From the NCBI GenBank assembly GCA_963727485.1, contig CAVSGM010000007.1:1-33202 (forward strand): a stretch of DNA of 33,202 bases. Direction: 5' to 3'. The translations under genes and the position numbers were made by a program. Below are positions 18,159 through 27,397 of this stretch, piece after piece. Under the pieces are notes generated by a model. That model saw only the letters and a program-made list of their open reading frames with translations, did no database searches and was not told where the DNA came from. The first letter of the stretch is position 1; the number at the start of each line of letters is the position of its first letter. This DNA comes from an uncultured delta proteobacterium. GTDB lineage: Bacteria > Myxococcota > Myxococcia > SLRQ01.

Positions 18159-19763
18159 CTAGGCCGCCGGCCCCAGGGTCGCCACGAAGAACGCCCGCAG
18201 CGCCCCGAAGAGCTCGGCGGAGGCCGCCTGGTACTCGGTCGCGTCTGCCTCGGCCTCGGGGTACTGGTCGTTCCAGGAGCCCATCCCTCCGAAGACGTCG
18301 GCCAGGTCGCAGGCGAGAAGCGCGCGCTGCATCGCCGGTGCGGCGCCGAGGCGTCCGAGGATCGCCAGGTCGCCGACCTTGGCGCCGTAGGCGTCCTGCG
18401 CCAGCTCCGAGAACCCGGCGGCCCCGAGGGCGGCGACGTCCGCCGCGGGATTGGTTGCCAGGGACAGGGCCTCGGCGTCGAGGACGAAGGCGGCGAGCTT
18501 GAACGCCTCGGCAAACGGCGAGTGCATGCGGTCGGCGATGGCCTCGGCCCGGGCGAGGGCCGAGCGGAACCGATCCCGCGCCGCCGGCGGATCGGGGGGC
18601 GCCGGTGTCTCGGCCAGGGGGCCCTGGGGCTCGAAGCAGTAGAGGGTCCAGGGCGCGGGGTTGGGCGCGAAGTGGAGCTGCTCCCGCTCGGGGATCCACA
18701 CGCGCCGGTCCTCGGGGTCCAAGCTGTCGACGATGGTCCCCACCCGCCCCGCCATCGCCTCGGGCACCTCGAGCTCGGTGCCGGCGAGGCGGCAGGCCAT
18801 CTGCACCGCGGTCAGGTACATGGTGCCCATCATCCGCAGCGCGTCGGGGTCCATGGCCCGGAGGTGCGCGGGGACGCCACCCGGATCCGCCGGGGCCCGG
18901 TCGGGATCGCTCCGCTTCATGACCCGGTGAAGGCGCGCCCACGCCGCCTCGGCGCAGGGGAGCGACGCCACCCAGTCCACGAGCGCGTCCCCGGGCAGGG
19001 GCTCGAGGATCGAGAGGCGCTCGTCCGAGGGGATGAACGCCCGGGCCGCGTCGGGATCGTGCTCGGCGAGGTACTGGCGCTCGAGGTCGTCGGGATCGCG
19101 GCGGACGAAGAGGGCCTCGTCCTCGGGCCCGAGGTGCAGGGTCTCGCCGAGCTCCCGGCTCCGGACCTGCGCCCCATGGAGGACCATGCCCGACGCGGCG
19201 TCGAGGGCCCACGCCCCCGCGGGGGTCGGCAGCCAGGCGTCGAGGTCCCCGCCCGGGATGAGCGGCCGCTGGTTCATCTCGTTGAAGTCGTCGAGCTCCC
19301 GGCGCGCCGCCTCGCGGAGGGCCGCGGCGTGGGGCTGGCGGTCGAGCCAGGCGAGGAACTGCTCCGGGGTGATCGCGTGCTCGGGGCTGGATTGGTACTG
19401 GAGGACGTAGCGCGCCGCGGGGGCCCCATCGGCGCGGGCGCCGACGGCGAGGAGCTGGACGATCGCCCCGGCGAAGGCGGCGGCCTGGTGCTCGGCGATG
19501 TCGGGTAGCGGCGCTGGACGGGCGTGGAGGACCCAGGCGGCGACCGGCGCGCCGCCACGGGTCGCGTCGATCCACGGGAGCAGCCCCACGGTGCGACCGT
19601 CCGCGAGGGTGCCGCCCACCGAGAGGCGGCCGGGGGTCCGCGGCTGGAGCAGGTCGTAGGCCGCGCAGTCCTCGAGGACCGCCGCCCGCGCCGCCGGGTA
19701 CTCGGCCTCGGGGCGCTCGAGGAGGAGCACGGTGAGGGACAGGAGGAAGTCGTCGAGACGCAT
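18159..19763 (-). CDS. hypothetical protein with C-terminal FGGMGSWND motif (DUF6966-like)
   Basis: Strong GC3 bias from MRLDDFLL (19763) onward; the DVFGGMGSWNDQ motif lies near the C-terminus. Confidence 0.7.
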   Translation of the reverse strand: MRLDDFLLSLTVLLLERPEAEYPAARAAVLEDCAAYDLLQPRTPGRLSVGGTLADGRTVGLLPWIDATRGGAPVAAWVLHARPAPLPDIAEHQAAAFAGAIVQLLAVGARADGAPAARYVLQYQSSPEHAITPEQFLAWLDRQPHAAALREAARRELDDFNEMNQRPLIPGGDLDAWLPTPAGAWALDAASGMVLHGAQVRSRELGETLHLGPEDEALFVRRDPDDLERQYLAEHDPDAARAFIPSDERLSILEPLPGDALVDWVASLPCAEAAWARLHRVMKRSDPDRAPADPGGVPAHLRAMDPDALRMMGTMYLTAVQMACRLAGTELEVPEAMAGRVGTIVDSLDPEDRRVWIPEREQLHFAPNPAPWTLYCFEPQGPLAETPAPPDPPAARDRFRSALARAEAIADRMHSPFAEAFKLAAFVLDAEALSLATNPAADVAALGAAGFSELAQDAYGAKVGDLAILGRLGAAPAMQRALLACDLADVFGGMGSWNDQYPEAEADATEYQAASAELFGALRAFFVATLGPAA

Positions 19764-19833
19764 GGGGTCATATGACCTGCGGCCGGCGGAGGTGCAAGCC
19801 ATGGGCGGGAGGCGCGCACGCCGCGGCGCCGCC

Positions 19834-19863
19834 TTGACACGGGCCGGCCTTCGCCGCCCTAAT
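19834..19863 (+). promoter_or_regulatory. candidate sigma70 promoter TTGACA-N18-CCTAAT
   Basis: Perfect -35 hexamer in a short divergent intergenic region upstream of the ACP-like gene. Confidence 0.4.
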
Positions 19864-19901
19864 CGACGCTGCCGACGCGCGGGGCGGGCGCGGGGGAGAC
19901 A

Positions 19902-20228
19902 ATGGGGGAGGGTGGTCACAAGGGCGCGGCGGGCGTGGACCGCGCGACGATCGCGCGCGAGGTGATCGCGAAGCTCGCCGCCGCGGTGCACCTGGACACG
20001 GGCTCGATCCGCGAGAACAGCGAGCTCGCCTTCGATCTCGGCCTCGGCGCCGCGGGCCGGCGGGCGATGGCGGCGGACTACAACGCCATCATCGACGCCC
20101 ACCACGGCGAGCCGGTGACCCTCGACGACGCCGGCGACCTGGAGACGGTGAAGGACGCGGTGGACCTGGTCTTCCACCACTGCGGCGGGCACGGCGGCGG
20201 CGCGGCCGACGGCGGAGGGGACCGATGA
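19902..20228 (+). CDS. acyl-carrier-protein-like protein lacking the phosphopantetheine serine (start may be GTG 19935)
   Basis: ACP layout V...LA......SIRENSELAFDLGL...LETVKDAVDLV, but DLGLGAAG replaces DLGxDSL. Confidence 0.65.
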   Translation: MGEGGHKGAAGVDRATIAREVIAKLAAAVHLDTGSIRENSELAFDLGLGAAGRRAMAADYNAIIDAHHGEPVTLDDAGDLETVKDAVDLVFHHCGGHGGGAADGGGDR

Positions 20229-21178
20229 CCCGGCTCGTCCCCGGCGTCGTCGTCGCCCTGGCGCTGGTCGTGTCGACACCGGCGCGCGCCCAGGCGTCCA
20301 AGGCCGACTCCGCGAAGCCCGGCCCCGCGAGGGCCCGCTCCGTGAAGGCGCGGCCAGTGAAGGCCGACGACACCCCCTCGCCCCTGGAGACCCTCCTCAC
20401 CCACCTGCGCCTGCGCCGGAGCCTCGACGACAAGAACCTCCTCGCCAAGCCCGCAGACCTCGCGGTCACCTGGCCGGGGAATGGCGTGCCTACCTGGGCG
20501 GTGGACGCCGCGCTCTCGGGGACGGCGTGCGCGGTGTGCAGCGGGCACGGGGTTCAGCTCGAGCTCGCCGCCGGCGTCGCCTACCACCGGGACACCGAGC
20601 TCACCAGCCCCAAGGACCTCCTCGCCGTCGGGCTCACCGGCGAGCTCTACCTCGGCAACCTCGCCGACCCGGTCTCCCACGACCTGAAGCTCTCGCTCGC
20701 CTACCACCGCGACGGCACGGCCCTCACCCAGAGCCTGGTCGCCTACCTCGACTACGTGCCGCTGGGGCCGCTCGCCATCGGGCGCATCTGGCCGAGACCC
20801 ACGTCGGGGCTCCTCTCGGTGCTGGCGGTGGAGTGGGCGCCGACCTTCAGCGTCGAGTACGGCGCGGCCCTCGACGCCGGTGCGGGCCAGACGGTGCGCC
20901 TCCGGGTACGCGCCGAGCTGCGCCTCTACCTCGCCCCCCGGGCCCTGCGCGAGCAGGTCTTCCTCCACGCCTCCGGCGAGCTGCGGGAGACGGTGGGCAG
21001 CTCCAGCTTCACCGAGCCCGCGGGCCACCGCTCGCACCTGCTCACCGCCGGGCTCACCGCCTACGTCGACCCCAAGCACCACGCCGCCGTCTCCCTCGAG
21101 TACCGCGAAGGCGTCGACCCGCGCACGGGCCAGGGCCCGGACCGCTACCTGCGGCTGACCCTGAGCCTCAAGCTCTGA
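20225..21178 (+). CDS. exported beta-strand-rich protein, possible outer-membrane barrel
   Basis: Signal peptide ending in ARA-QA, alternating amphipathic strands, C-terminal YLRLTLSLKL; ATGA overlap with the upstream gene. Confidence 0.65.
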   Translation: MTRLVPGVVVALALVVSTPARAQASKADSAKPGPARARSVKARPVKADDTPSPLETLLTHLRLRRSLDDKNLLAKPADLAVTWPGNGVPTWAVDAALSGTACAVCSGHGVQLELAAGVAYHRDTELTSPKDLLAVGLTGELYLGNLADPVSHDLKLSLAYHRDGTALTQSLVAYLDYVPLGPLAIGRIWPRPTSGLLSVLAVEWAPTFSVEYGAALDAGAGQTVRLRVRAELRLYLAPRALREQVFLHASGELRETVGSSSFTEPAGHRSHLLTAGLTAYVDPKHHAAVSLEYREGVDPRTGQGPDRYLRLTLSLKL

Positions 21179-21229
21179 AGTCAGGCGCGTCGGCGCTCCC
21201 AAGCAGGCCCGCCGGTGCCAGGAGGCCCC

Positions 21230-22720
21230 ATGACCGACACCTTCAAGCCCAAGCACGTCTTCGTCCTGATGCTGGAGAACCGGTCCTTCGACCACCTCTT
21301 CGGCTTCTCCGGGCTCCGGGGCACCGACGCCGAGACCGGGGCGCCGACCGGGGTCGTCGGTCTCGCGGGCACCGAGGCCAACACCTATCGGGGCCAGCGC
21401 TACCCGGTGGCGCGCGGCGCCGACTTCGTGATGCCCGTCGACCCGCACCACGAGTTCGAGGACGTGCTCCTCCAGCTCTGCGGCGAGGGCGCCACCTACG
21501 CGAGGGGCCAGCGGTACCCGGCGGTCACCAACTCGGGCTTCGTCGCCAGCTACGTACGCTCCGGTGGCGACCGCGACCCGGGCGAGGTGATGAAGTGCTT
21601 CGACACCGAGCATCAGCTCCCGGCGCTCTTCGCCCTGGCCCAGAGCTACGCCCTCTGCGACGGGTGGCACGCGTCCATCCCCGGGCCGACCGTGCCCAAC
21701 CGTCTCTTCGCCCACGGCGCCTCGAGCTGGGGGCTCGACCACAGCCCCGGCTTCCTGGAGCTGATGAAGTGGGAGACCGCCGGGCTCTCGCTGCCGCACG
21801 GCACCATCTTCGACCGCTTGAACGAGGCCGGCCGCCACTTCCGCATCTACGCCGGCGAGGGCCTGCCGCTGGTGGCCACCCTCGAGGGCATCAGCGCCCT
21901 CCACATCCACGACGTCGCCGACCTCGCCGAGGACCTGAAGGACCCGGCCTTCCCCGCCGACTACGTGTTCATCGAGCCCAGCTACCACATCACCCAGAGC
22001 TACCGCGGCTCCACCAGCATGCACCCGCTCGCCGACGTCCGGGACGGCGAGCACCTGGTGAAGCAGGTCTATGAGGCGGTGCGCGGGTCGGCGCACTGGG
22101 ACGACTCGGTGCTCATCGTCACCTGGGACGAGCACGGCGGGTTCTACGACCACGTGGTCCCGCCCGCGGCGCCGGCCCCGGGCGACGGGGGCCTGGCGTC
22201 GCCCCTGAACCAGCATGGGTTCACCTTCGACCGCTATGGGCCCCGGGTGCCGGCGCTGGTGATCTCCCCGCGGATCCGCCGGGGCACCCTCGACCACCGG
22301 CTCTACGACCACGCGTCGATCCCGAAGACCCTGGAGGAGATCTTCGAACTCCCGCTGCTCACCGAGCGGGACGAGCAGGCGCGCAGCCTCCTGCCGCTCC
22401 TCGCCGGGCCGCCGGCGGACAGGGCGGGGCACCCGGAACGCTTGCCGGCGGCGGGGGCTACCGGAGGCGCGGTGGACGCCGGGGGCGCGGAGGCGACGGG
22501 GCGGGGGAGCGCGCCGGATTCCGCGGACCGGCCCGAAGGGCCCCTCGACGACGGCACCCTCCCGGCCTTCGTCCACGTGGCCCTGCGCCAGCACCTCGAG
22601 CGCGAGCCCCACGCCCGGGACCGGCACCTGAACGACGCCGAGGCCCTGGCCACCCGGGGCGACGCCCACGCGTACCTCGCCGCGGCGCCGGCGACGCGAC
22701 CGGGGGCGGGGAAGCCGTGA
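21230..22720 (+). CDS. phosphoesterase / phospholipase C family protein (alkaline phosphatase superfamily)
   Basis: AGGAGG RBS; KHVFVLMLENRSFDH, GPTVPNR, SMHP, WDEHGGFYDHV, GPRVP and YDHASI. Confidence 0.92.
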   Translation: MTDTFKPKHVFVLMLENRSFDHLFGFSGLRGTDAETGAPTGVVGLAGTEANTYRGQRYPVARGADFVMPVDPHHEFEDVLLQLCGEGATYARGQRYPAVTNSGFVASYVRSGGDRDPGEVMKCFDTEHQLPALFALAQSYALCDGWHASIPGPTVPNRLFAHGASSWGLDHSPGFLELMKWETAGLSLPHGTIFDRLNEAGRHFRIYAGEGLPLVATLEGISALHIHDVADLAEDLKDPAFPADYVFIEPSYHITQSYRGSTSMHPLADVRDGEHLVKQVYEAVRGSAHWDDSVLIVTWDEHGGFYDHVVPPAAPAPGDGGLASPLNQHGFTFDRYGPRVPALVISPRIRRGTLDHRLYDHASIPKTLEEIFELPLLTERDEQARSLLPLLAGPPADRAGHPERLPAAGATGGAVDAGGAEATGRGSAPDSADRPEGPLDDGTLPAFVHVALRQHLEREPHARDRHLNDAEALATRGDAHAYLAAAPATRPGAGKP

Positions 22721-22729
22721 ACCGGAAGG

Positions 22730-24097
22730 GTGCAGGCCTGCGACGCCCTGGTCACCCACGGCACCCTCGGCTTCCCGGTGACCGAGTACGACCCGGGGCA
22801 GCAACCCCTGGTGCGCTTCTTCTTCCGCCGCGGCGTGAACGGCGAGGTCTACGGGGCGCTGCCGCCGGGGCTCCCGGTGGCCTCGGCGCCCCTGTGCGCC
22901 ACGGCACGGTGGCTCTTCGGTCCCGCGGTCGCCGGGGCCACGGTACGGGCCGAGCGGATCGGGAGCCACCGGCCCGGGGACCTCGCGCGCCTCCGCGCCG
23001 ACCCCGAGGCCTTCGCCGCCGGCCTGGTGAACCCGGTGGCGTGCGCCGAGGTGGTGCTCCTCTTCTTCCTCGCCGGCCTCGACGCCGGGGCCGATCCGAG
23101 GTGGGCGGCGACGGCGGCCCTGGGCCTCGGCCTCGGCACCTTCCTCTGGTCGTACGCCGAGAGCTACTGGACCGAGCCCCTGTGCCTCCTGGCCCTCTTG
23201 GGCGGGTTCCTCGCCCTCCGCCGGGACGCCGAGGGGCCGGGCGCACCAGCGCTGGGGATCCTCGGCGGGGCGCTCCTCGGCGCCGCCGGCCTCTTCCGCT
23301 ACGAGGCCTCGGCCATCGGGGCGGTGCTCCTCGCCGTCGCCGCCGTGCGCCTGGTCCGGCGCCGGGGCCCGCGGGCGCTCCCGGGCCCGGTGGCGGGGTG
23401 GGGCGCCGGCATCGCGGCGCTCGCGGGGTGGAACTGGCACCGCTTCGGGAGCGTGCTGGTCACCGGGAATCCCCACGGGAGCGTCCGCGACCTCTTCGGC
23501 GTCCACGTCCTCGGGCGCCTCGCCTTCAGCCTCCCGGCGAACCTGGTGAGCCCCAACCAGGGCCTCCTGGTCTTCGCGCCGCCGGTGGCCGTGGCCCTGT
23601 GGATTGCCGTGCGTGCCTGGCGCCGCCTCGACCTCTGGGAGCGCACGGGCATCCTCCTCTCTGCCGGGCTCCTCGTCTTCTACAGCGCCTTCGTCCTCTG
23701 GCAGACCAACGACGCCTGGGGCCCGCGGTTCCTGGCGCCGGTGCTCCCCTTCGCGCTCCTGCCGGTGCTGCGACACGGCAGCCGCGCCGCGCGCCGGTGG
23801 TCCGTGGGCGCGGCGATCCTCGGCGCCGCCGTCCAGGTCGCCGGGGTGCTCACGGTGTTCACCAACGCCACCATCATGCGGCTGATGGACTACCCGCACC
23901 CGACGCGCCTGGGCTGGTTCCTCCGCTCGGAGCTCTTCGAGGCTTGGGCCCGCCTCGCCCACCACGGCGTCGACGCCCTCTGGTGGTCCCGGTCGCCAGG
24001 GGGCCTGGTGGCGGCGGCGGTGCTCGGGGCGACGGCCCTCGGCGCCGCCGCGACCCTCGTCACCGCCCTCCGGCGCCCGGCGACCCCCGGCCCCTGA
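22730..24097 (+). CDS. multi-pass membrane protein, GT-C (lipid-carrier-dependent) glycosyltransferase-like; start uncertain (GTG 22717 with a frameshift is possible)
   Basis: Many hydrophobic helices with YAESYWTEP, RYE, WNWHRFG, SPNQGLLVFAP and WGPRFLAPVLP motifs. Confidence 0.65.
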   Translation: MQACDALVTHGTLGFPVTEYDPGQQPLVRFFFRRGVNGEVYGALPPGLPVASAPLCATARWLFGPAVAGATVRAERIGSHRPGDLARLRADPEAFAAGLVNPVACAEVVLLFFLAGLDAGADPRWAATAALGLGLGTFLWSYAESYWTEPLCLLALLGGFLALRRDAEGPGAPALGILGGALLGAAGLFRYEASAIGAVLLAVAAVRLVRRRGPRALPGPVAGWGAGIAALAGWNWHRFGSVLVTGNPHGSVRDLFGVHVLGRLAFSLPANLVSPNQGLLVFAPPVAVALWIAVRAWRRLDLWERTGILLSAGLLVFYSAFVLWQTNDAWGPRFLAPVLPFALLPVLRHGSRAARRWSVGAAILGAAVQVAGVLTVFTNATIMRLMDYPHPTRLGWFLRSELFEAWARLAHHGVDALWWSRSPGGLVAAAVLGATALGAAATLVTALRRPATPGP

Positions 24098-24503
24098 GCG
24101 CGAGGATCCCCAGCACCCCGCCGAAGATCACCGCCAGCGCCCCGAAGGTCAGCGTCAGCCCGTAGCGCCCGGTCACCGTGTCGAGGACCGCGTGGTAGGG
24201 CGGGTCCGGGTCAGCGGCCACCGGCACCCGATCGCCCCGGGCCAGGCCGCTGAGGGCCCCGAGGTGATCGAGGATCCCCCGCCGGGTGGTGAACTGGTGG
24301 CTCGCACCGCCCACGCGGTAGCGGATGGTGAAGGCCTCGCCGTCGCCGCCCCGGCCGGCGAGGACGCGGTGCACCGCCACCACCTCGCCGGTGCGGTGGA
24401 CGAAGCCGCGGGTGCGCGCGTGCTCCCAGAAGAAGGCGCCGGCGCAGGTGGCCAGCAACAGGATCGCGATGCGGATGAGCGCCGCCTTGCCGGGACCCGC
24501 CAT
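24060..24503 (-). CDS. DUF3592-like membrane protein
   Basis: N-terminal TM helix, TGEVV...IRY.V.G...GDRVPV..DP..P..A beta domain, C-terminal TM helix; 38-nt convergent overlap with the previous gene. Confidence 0.7.
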   Translation of the reverse strand: MAGPGKAALIRIAILLLATCAGAFFWEHARTRGFVHRTGEVVAVHRVLAGRGGDGEAFTIRYRVGGASHQFTTRRGILDHLGALSGLARGDRVPVAADPDPPYHAVLDTVTGRYGLTLTFGALAVIFGGVLGILALRGRGSPGAGGR

Positions 24504-24658
24504 GGTGTCCCGATCGTCCCCCAGCGGTCGCGGGGGTTCAACCCGGCAGCCGAGGTGGCCGCTGCTGCAGGTGAAGCAGCCCCGTGGTAGTATCACCCTA
24601 CGTGGTCGCCAATGGGGCGCCACCCGTGCTCTTCGGCTGCCGCTGGGCCAGGCACGAG

Positions 24659-27397
24659 ATGAAACCGTCCGCGGCCATCGGAGGTAGGGTGCGCAGGTTG
24701 AAGTGGTGCATGACGTGCGCGGCCGCGATCGTCGTGGCCGCCTGCGCGCCGCCGGCTGGGAAGGCGACCCTGAAGGGCCGCGTGGTCCTCCCGGGCGTCG
24801 CCGACGCCTCGGGGATCCCGGTGGCCATCACCGGGACCACCTCGGTCACGGTCCTCACCGACGCCGGCGGTGCCTGGCGCGCCGGCCACCTCCGAGCCGG
24901 TCACTACGCCGTCACCGCCGCAGTCCCCTCGACCCTGGAGGGCACCGAGGTCACGGCGGCCACCGTCCCCGGGACCGGGACCGCCACCGCGCCCACCCTC
25001 ACCTTCGCGCCGGTGGGTACCCTCTCGGGCACCGTGACCGTCGCCGGCGGCGACCCGGCGCCGGCCGGGACCCTGGTGGTCGCCGCGGGCACCGCCGCCG
25101 AGGCCGCCACCGGTACCGATGGCCACTACACCCTCCGGGACGTGCCCGTGGGTCCCGTGACCGTGTTGGCCTCCGACCCCGCCGCCGGTCGCGGGGCCGC
25201 CCCGGACGTCACCGTGGCCTGGAACGCCGCGGCGACGGTCCCCGACCTCGCGCTCGTGCCCGCGCCCCCGGGGCAGGGCGGCATCACCGGCACCGCCGTC
25301 CTCACCGGTCTCGCCGACAGCAGCCAGGTGGCCGTGACCCTCGCCGGACCCGTCGACGCGGCCACCCACCCGGACGCTGCCGGGGACTTCAGCTTCACCG
25401 GCCTCCCCGACGGCGCCTACACCCTCACCGCCGCCGCGGACGCCACCCGCGAGGGGACGGTCTCGGTGCCCGTCACCGTCGCCGGGCCGGCCACCCCGGC
25501 GCCGCCCCTGGCCCTCACCCCCGTGGGCACCGTCTCCGGCGAGGTGAGCCTCGGCGGCGCCACCGCCGGCAACGCGGGCATCACCGTCCTGGTCACCGGG
25601 CCCACCGGGGAGGCCGTGAGCTTCACCGACGACGCGGGGCACTACACCGTCGCCGACGCCCCGGTCGGCGCCGTGACCGTCGAGGCCGCCTTCCCCGGCT
25701 ATGGCGTCGCCACCACCGTCGCCCTCCCGGTGACCTGGGACACCACCGCCCCGGCGCCCGCCCTCCGCCTCGAGCCCGCGGGCAGCGCCACCGGGAGCCT
25801 CGCCACCGTCCAGGGGGTCGCCACCCCGGCGGGCGTCGCCGACGCGTCGGGCCTGACCGTGCGGCTCCTCGACGACACCGGCGCCTCCATCGCCACCGCC
25901 ACCACCGACGCCGCCGGCGCCTACACCCTCCCCGGCGTGCCCCCGGGCCTCTACACAGCAACCTTCGATCGGGGCGCCTACCACGAGACCGTGCCGGCGC
26001 TCCTGGCCATGCCCGGGACCGACGGGTTCGTGGTCGACGGCGGGATCCTGCCCCTCGCGCCCCTCGAGGTGCCCCGGGCCCGGCGGCTCGTGGCCGCGCC
26101 CAGCACCGCCCCCGTGGCGATCACCCCCGACGGCGGTGAGGCCGTGGTCGCCCGCGAGCTGGGTGGCGCGGGCACCTGCGTCCTCGACACCGTCGACGTC
26201 GCCACCGGTCAGGTCCGCGAGGTCCCGGCACCCTCCTGCTCGGCCAACCTCCAGGTCTCCGACGACGGCACCCTGGCCTACGCCGGGGGGAACGCCAGCA
26301 CCTCCGACCCGGCGCCCATCTACGCCACGCCCGTCGCCGGTGGCCCCTCGGTGAGACTCCTGGACCGGCCGCTCAACGGGGCCTTCCAGGTGCTCCCGGA
26401 CGGACGTCACCTGGTGGTGGCGACGCAGCCCTCGAACGGGCTCCCCTACCAGGTCGTGCTCGCCGCCGCCGACGGGTCGCCGCCGGAGGTGCTCCTCGCG
26501 GCCTCGCCTTGGTACACGGCCATCTCGATCGTGCAGCTCTCGCCGGACGGCAGCCAGCTCCTCGTCGACTCCTCGGGGCTGAAGGTCATCACCCTCGCCA
26601 CCGGTGCCGTGACGGACCTGGGTGCCGGCGGCAGCGATCCCCGCTTCCTCCCCGGCGGGGTGAAGGTGCTCTACGCCACGTCCGATCCGCAGTCCTCCTA
26701 CGGCGTGGTCGACCTCCAGGTGGTCCCGGCGTCCGGCGGCACCCCTCGGCTCCTGGCGAGCCAGGTGTCCCAGCACACGGCGACGCCAACCCCGGACGGC
26801 AGCCGCGTCCTCTACCAGGACGCCTCGGGCGGCACTCCCGGCCCCATCGACTCGGTGCCCGTGGACGGGAGCGCGGCGCCCGTGACCCTGGCGGCGTCGG
26901 CGGCCATCCAGGCGGTCTCTCCCGACGGAAGCCGGGTCGTCCTCACCCGGTTCCCCGACCGCGAGCTGGTGAGCGTCCCCGTCGCCGGCGGCGCCGTCGC
27001 GGACCTCGGCGGGCAGGATGCCCAGCGCGTCGCGTTCTCCCCTGACGGTACGAGGGTCGCCTGGACCCAGTCCTGCGATGCCAACAAGGCCTGCGACCTC
27101 GAGGTCGCGCCCATCGCCGGCGGCCCGCCCACGCGCATCGCCACCGGGGCCTTCCAGCTCGGCGCCCTCGTCTTCTCGCCGGACGGCAGCGCGGTCTTCT
27201 ACCTCACCGTGCGAAGCTTCGGCAACGTTCACCACGGCACCCTGATGCGGGCCGCCACGTCCGGTGGGCCACCGGTGGAGGTCATCCCCGACGCCTGGGA
27301 CCTCCGGCGGGTCGGGGATCATGTCTTCGCCAGGTGGATCCAGGGCACCGCGCCCTATCGCTTCCAGGAGGGGCTCCATGCGCTCTCGCTTCCCTAG
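24659..27397 (+). CDS. lipoprotein with carboxypeptidase-regulatory-like beta-sandwich repeats and TolB-like beta-propeller (paralog 1; start uncertain, 24659-24710)
   Basis: Lipobox VVAAC; repeated DASG..V.L.G...TD..G.Y....P.G.Y units; repeated SPDG/TPDG blades. Confidence 0.85.
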   Translation: MKPSAAIGGRVRRLKWCMTCAAAIVVAACAPPAGKATLKGRVVLPGVADASGIPVAITGTTSVTVLTDAGGAWRAGHLRAGHYAVTAAVPSTLEGTEVTAATVPGTGTATAPTLTFAPVGTLSGTVTVAGGDPAPAGTLVVAAGTAAEAATGTDGHYTLRDVPVGPVTVLASDPAAGRGAAPDVTVAWNAAATVPDLALVPAPPGQGGITGTAVLTGLADSSQVAVTLAGPVDAATHPDAAGDFSFTGLPDGAYTLTAAADATREGTVSVPVTVAGPATPAPPLALTPVGTVSGEVSLGGATAGNAGITVLVTGPTGEAVSFTDDAGHYTVADAPVGAVTVEAAFPGYGVATTVALPVTWDTTAPAPALRLEPAGSATGSLATVQGVATPAGVADASGLTVRLLDDTGASIATATTDAAGAYTLPGVPPGLYTATFDRGAYHETVPALLAMPGTDGFVVDGGILPLAPLEVPRARRLVAAPSTAPVAITPDGGEAVVARELGGAGTCVLDTVDVATGQVREVPAPSCSANLQVSDDGTLAYAGGNASTSDPAPIYATPVAGGPSVRLLDRPLNGAFQVLPDGRHLVVATQPSNGLPYQVVLAAADGSPPEVLLAASPWYTAISIVQLSPDGSQLLVDSSGLKVITLATGAVTDLGAGGSDPRFLPGGVKVLYATSDPQSSYGVVDLQVVPASGGTPRLLASQVSQHTATPTPDGSRVLYQDASGGTPGPIDSVPVDGSAAPVTLAASAAIQAVSPDGSRVVLTRFPDRELVSVPVAGGAVADLGGQDAQRVAFSPDGTRVAWTQSCDANKACDLEVAPIAGGPPTRIATGAFQLGALVFSPDGSAVFYLTVRSFGNVHHGTLMRAATSGGPPVEVIPDAWDLRRVGDHVFARWIQGTAPYRFQEGLHALSLP

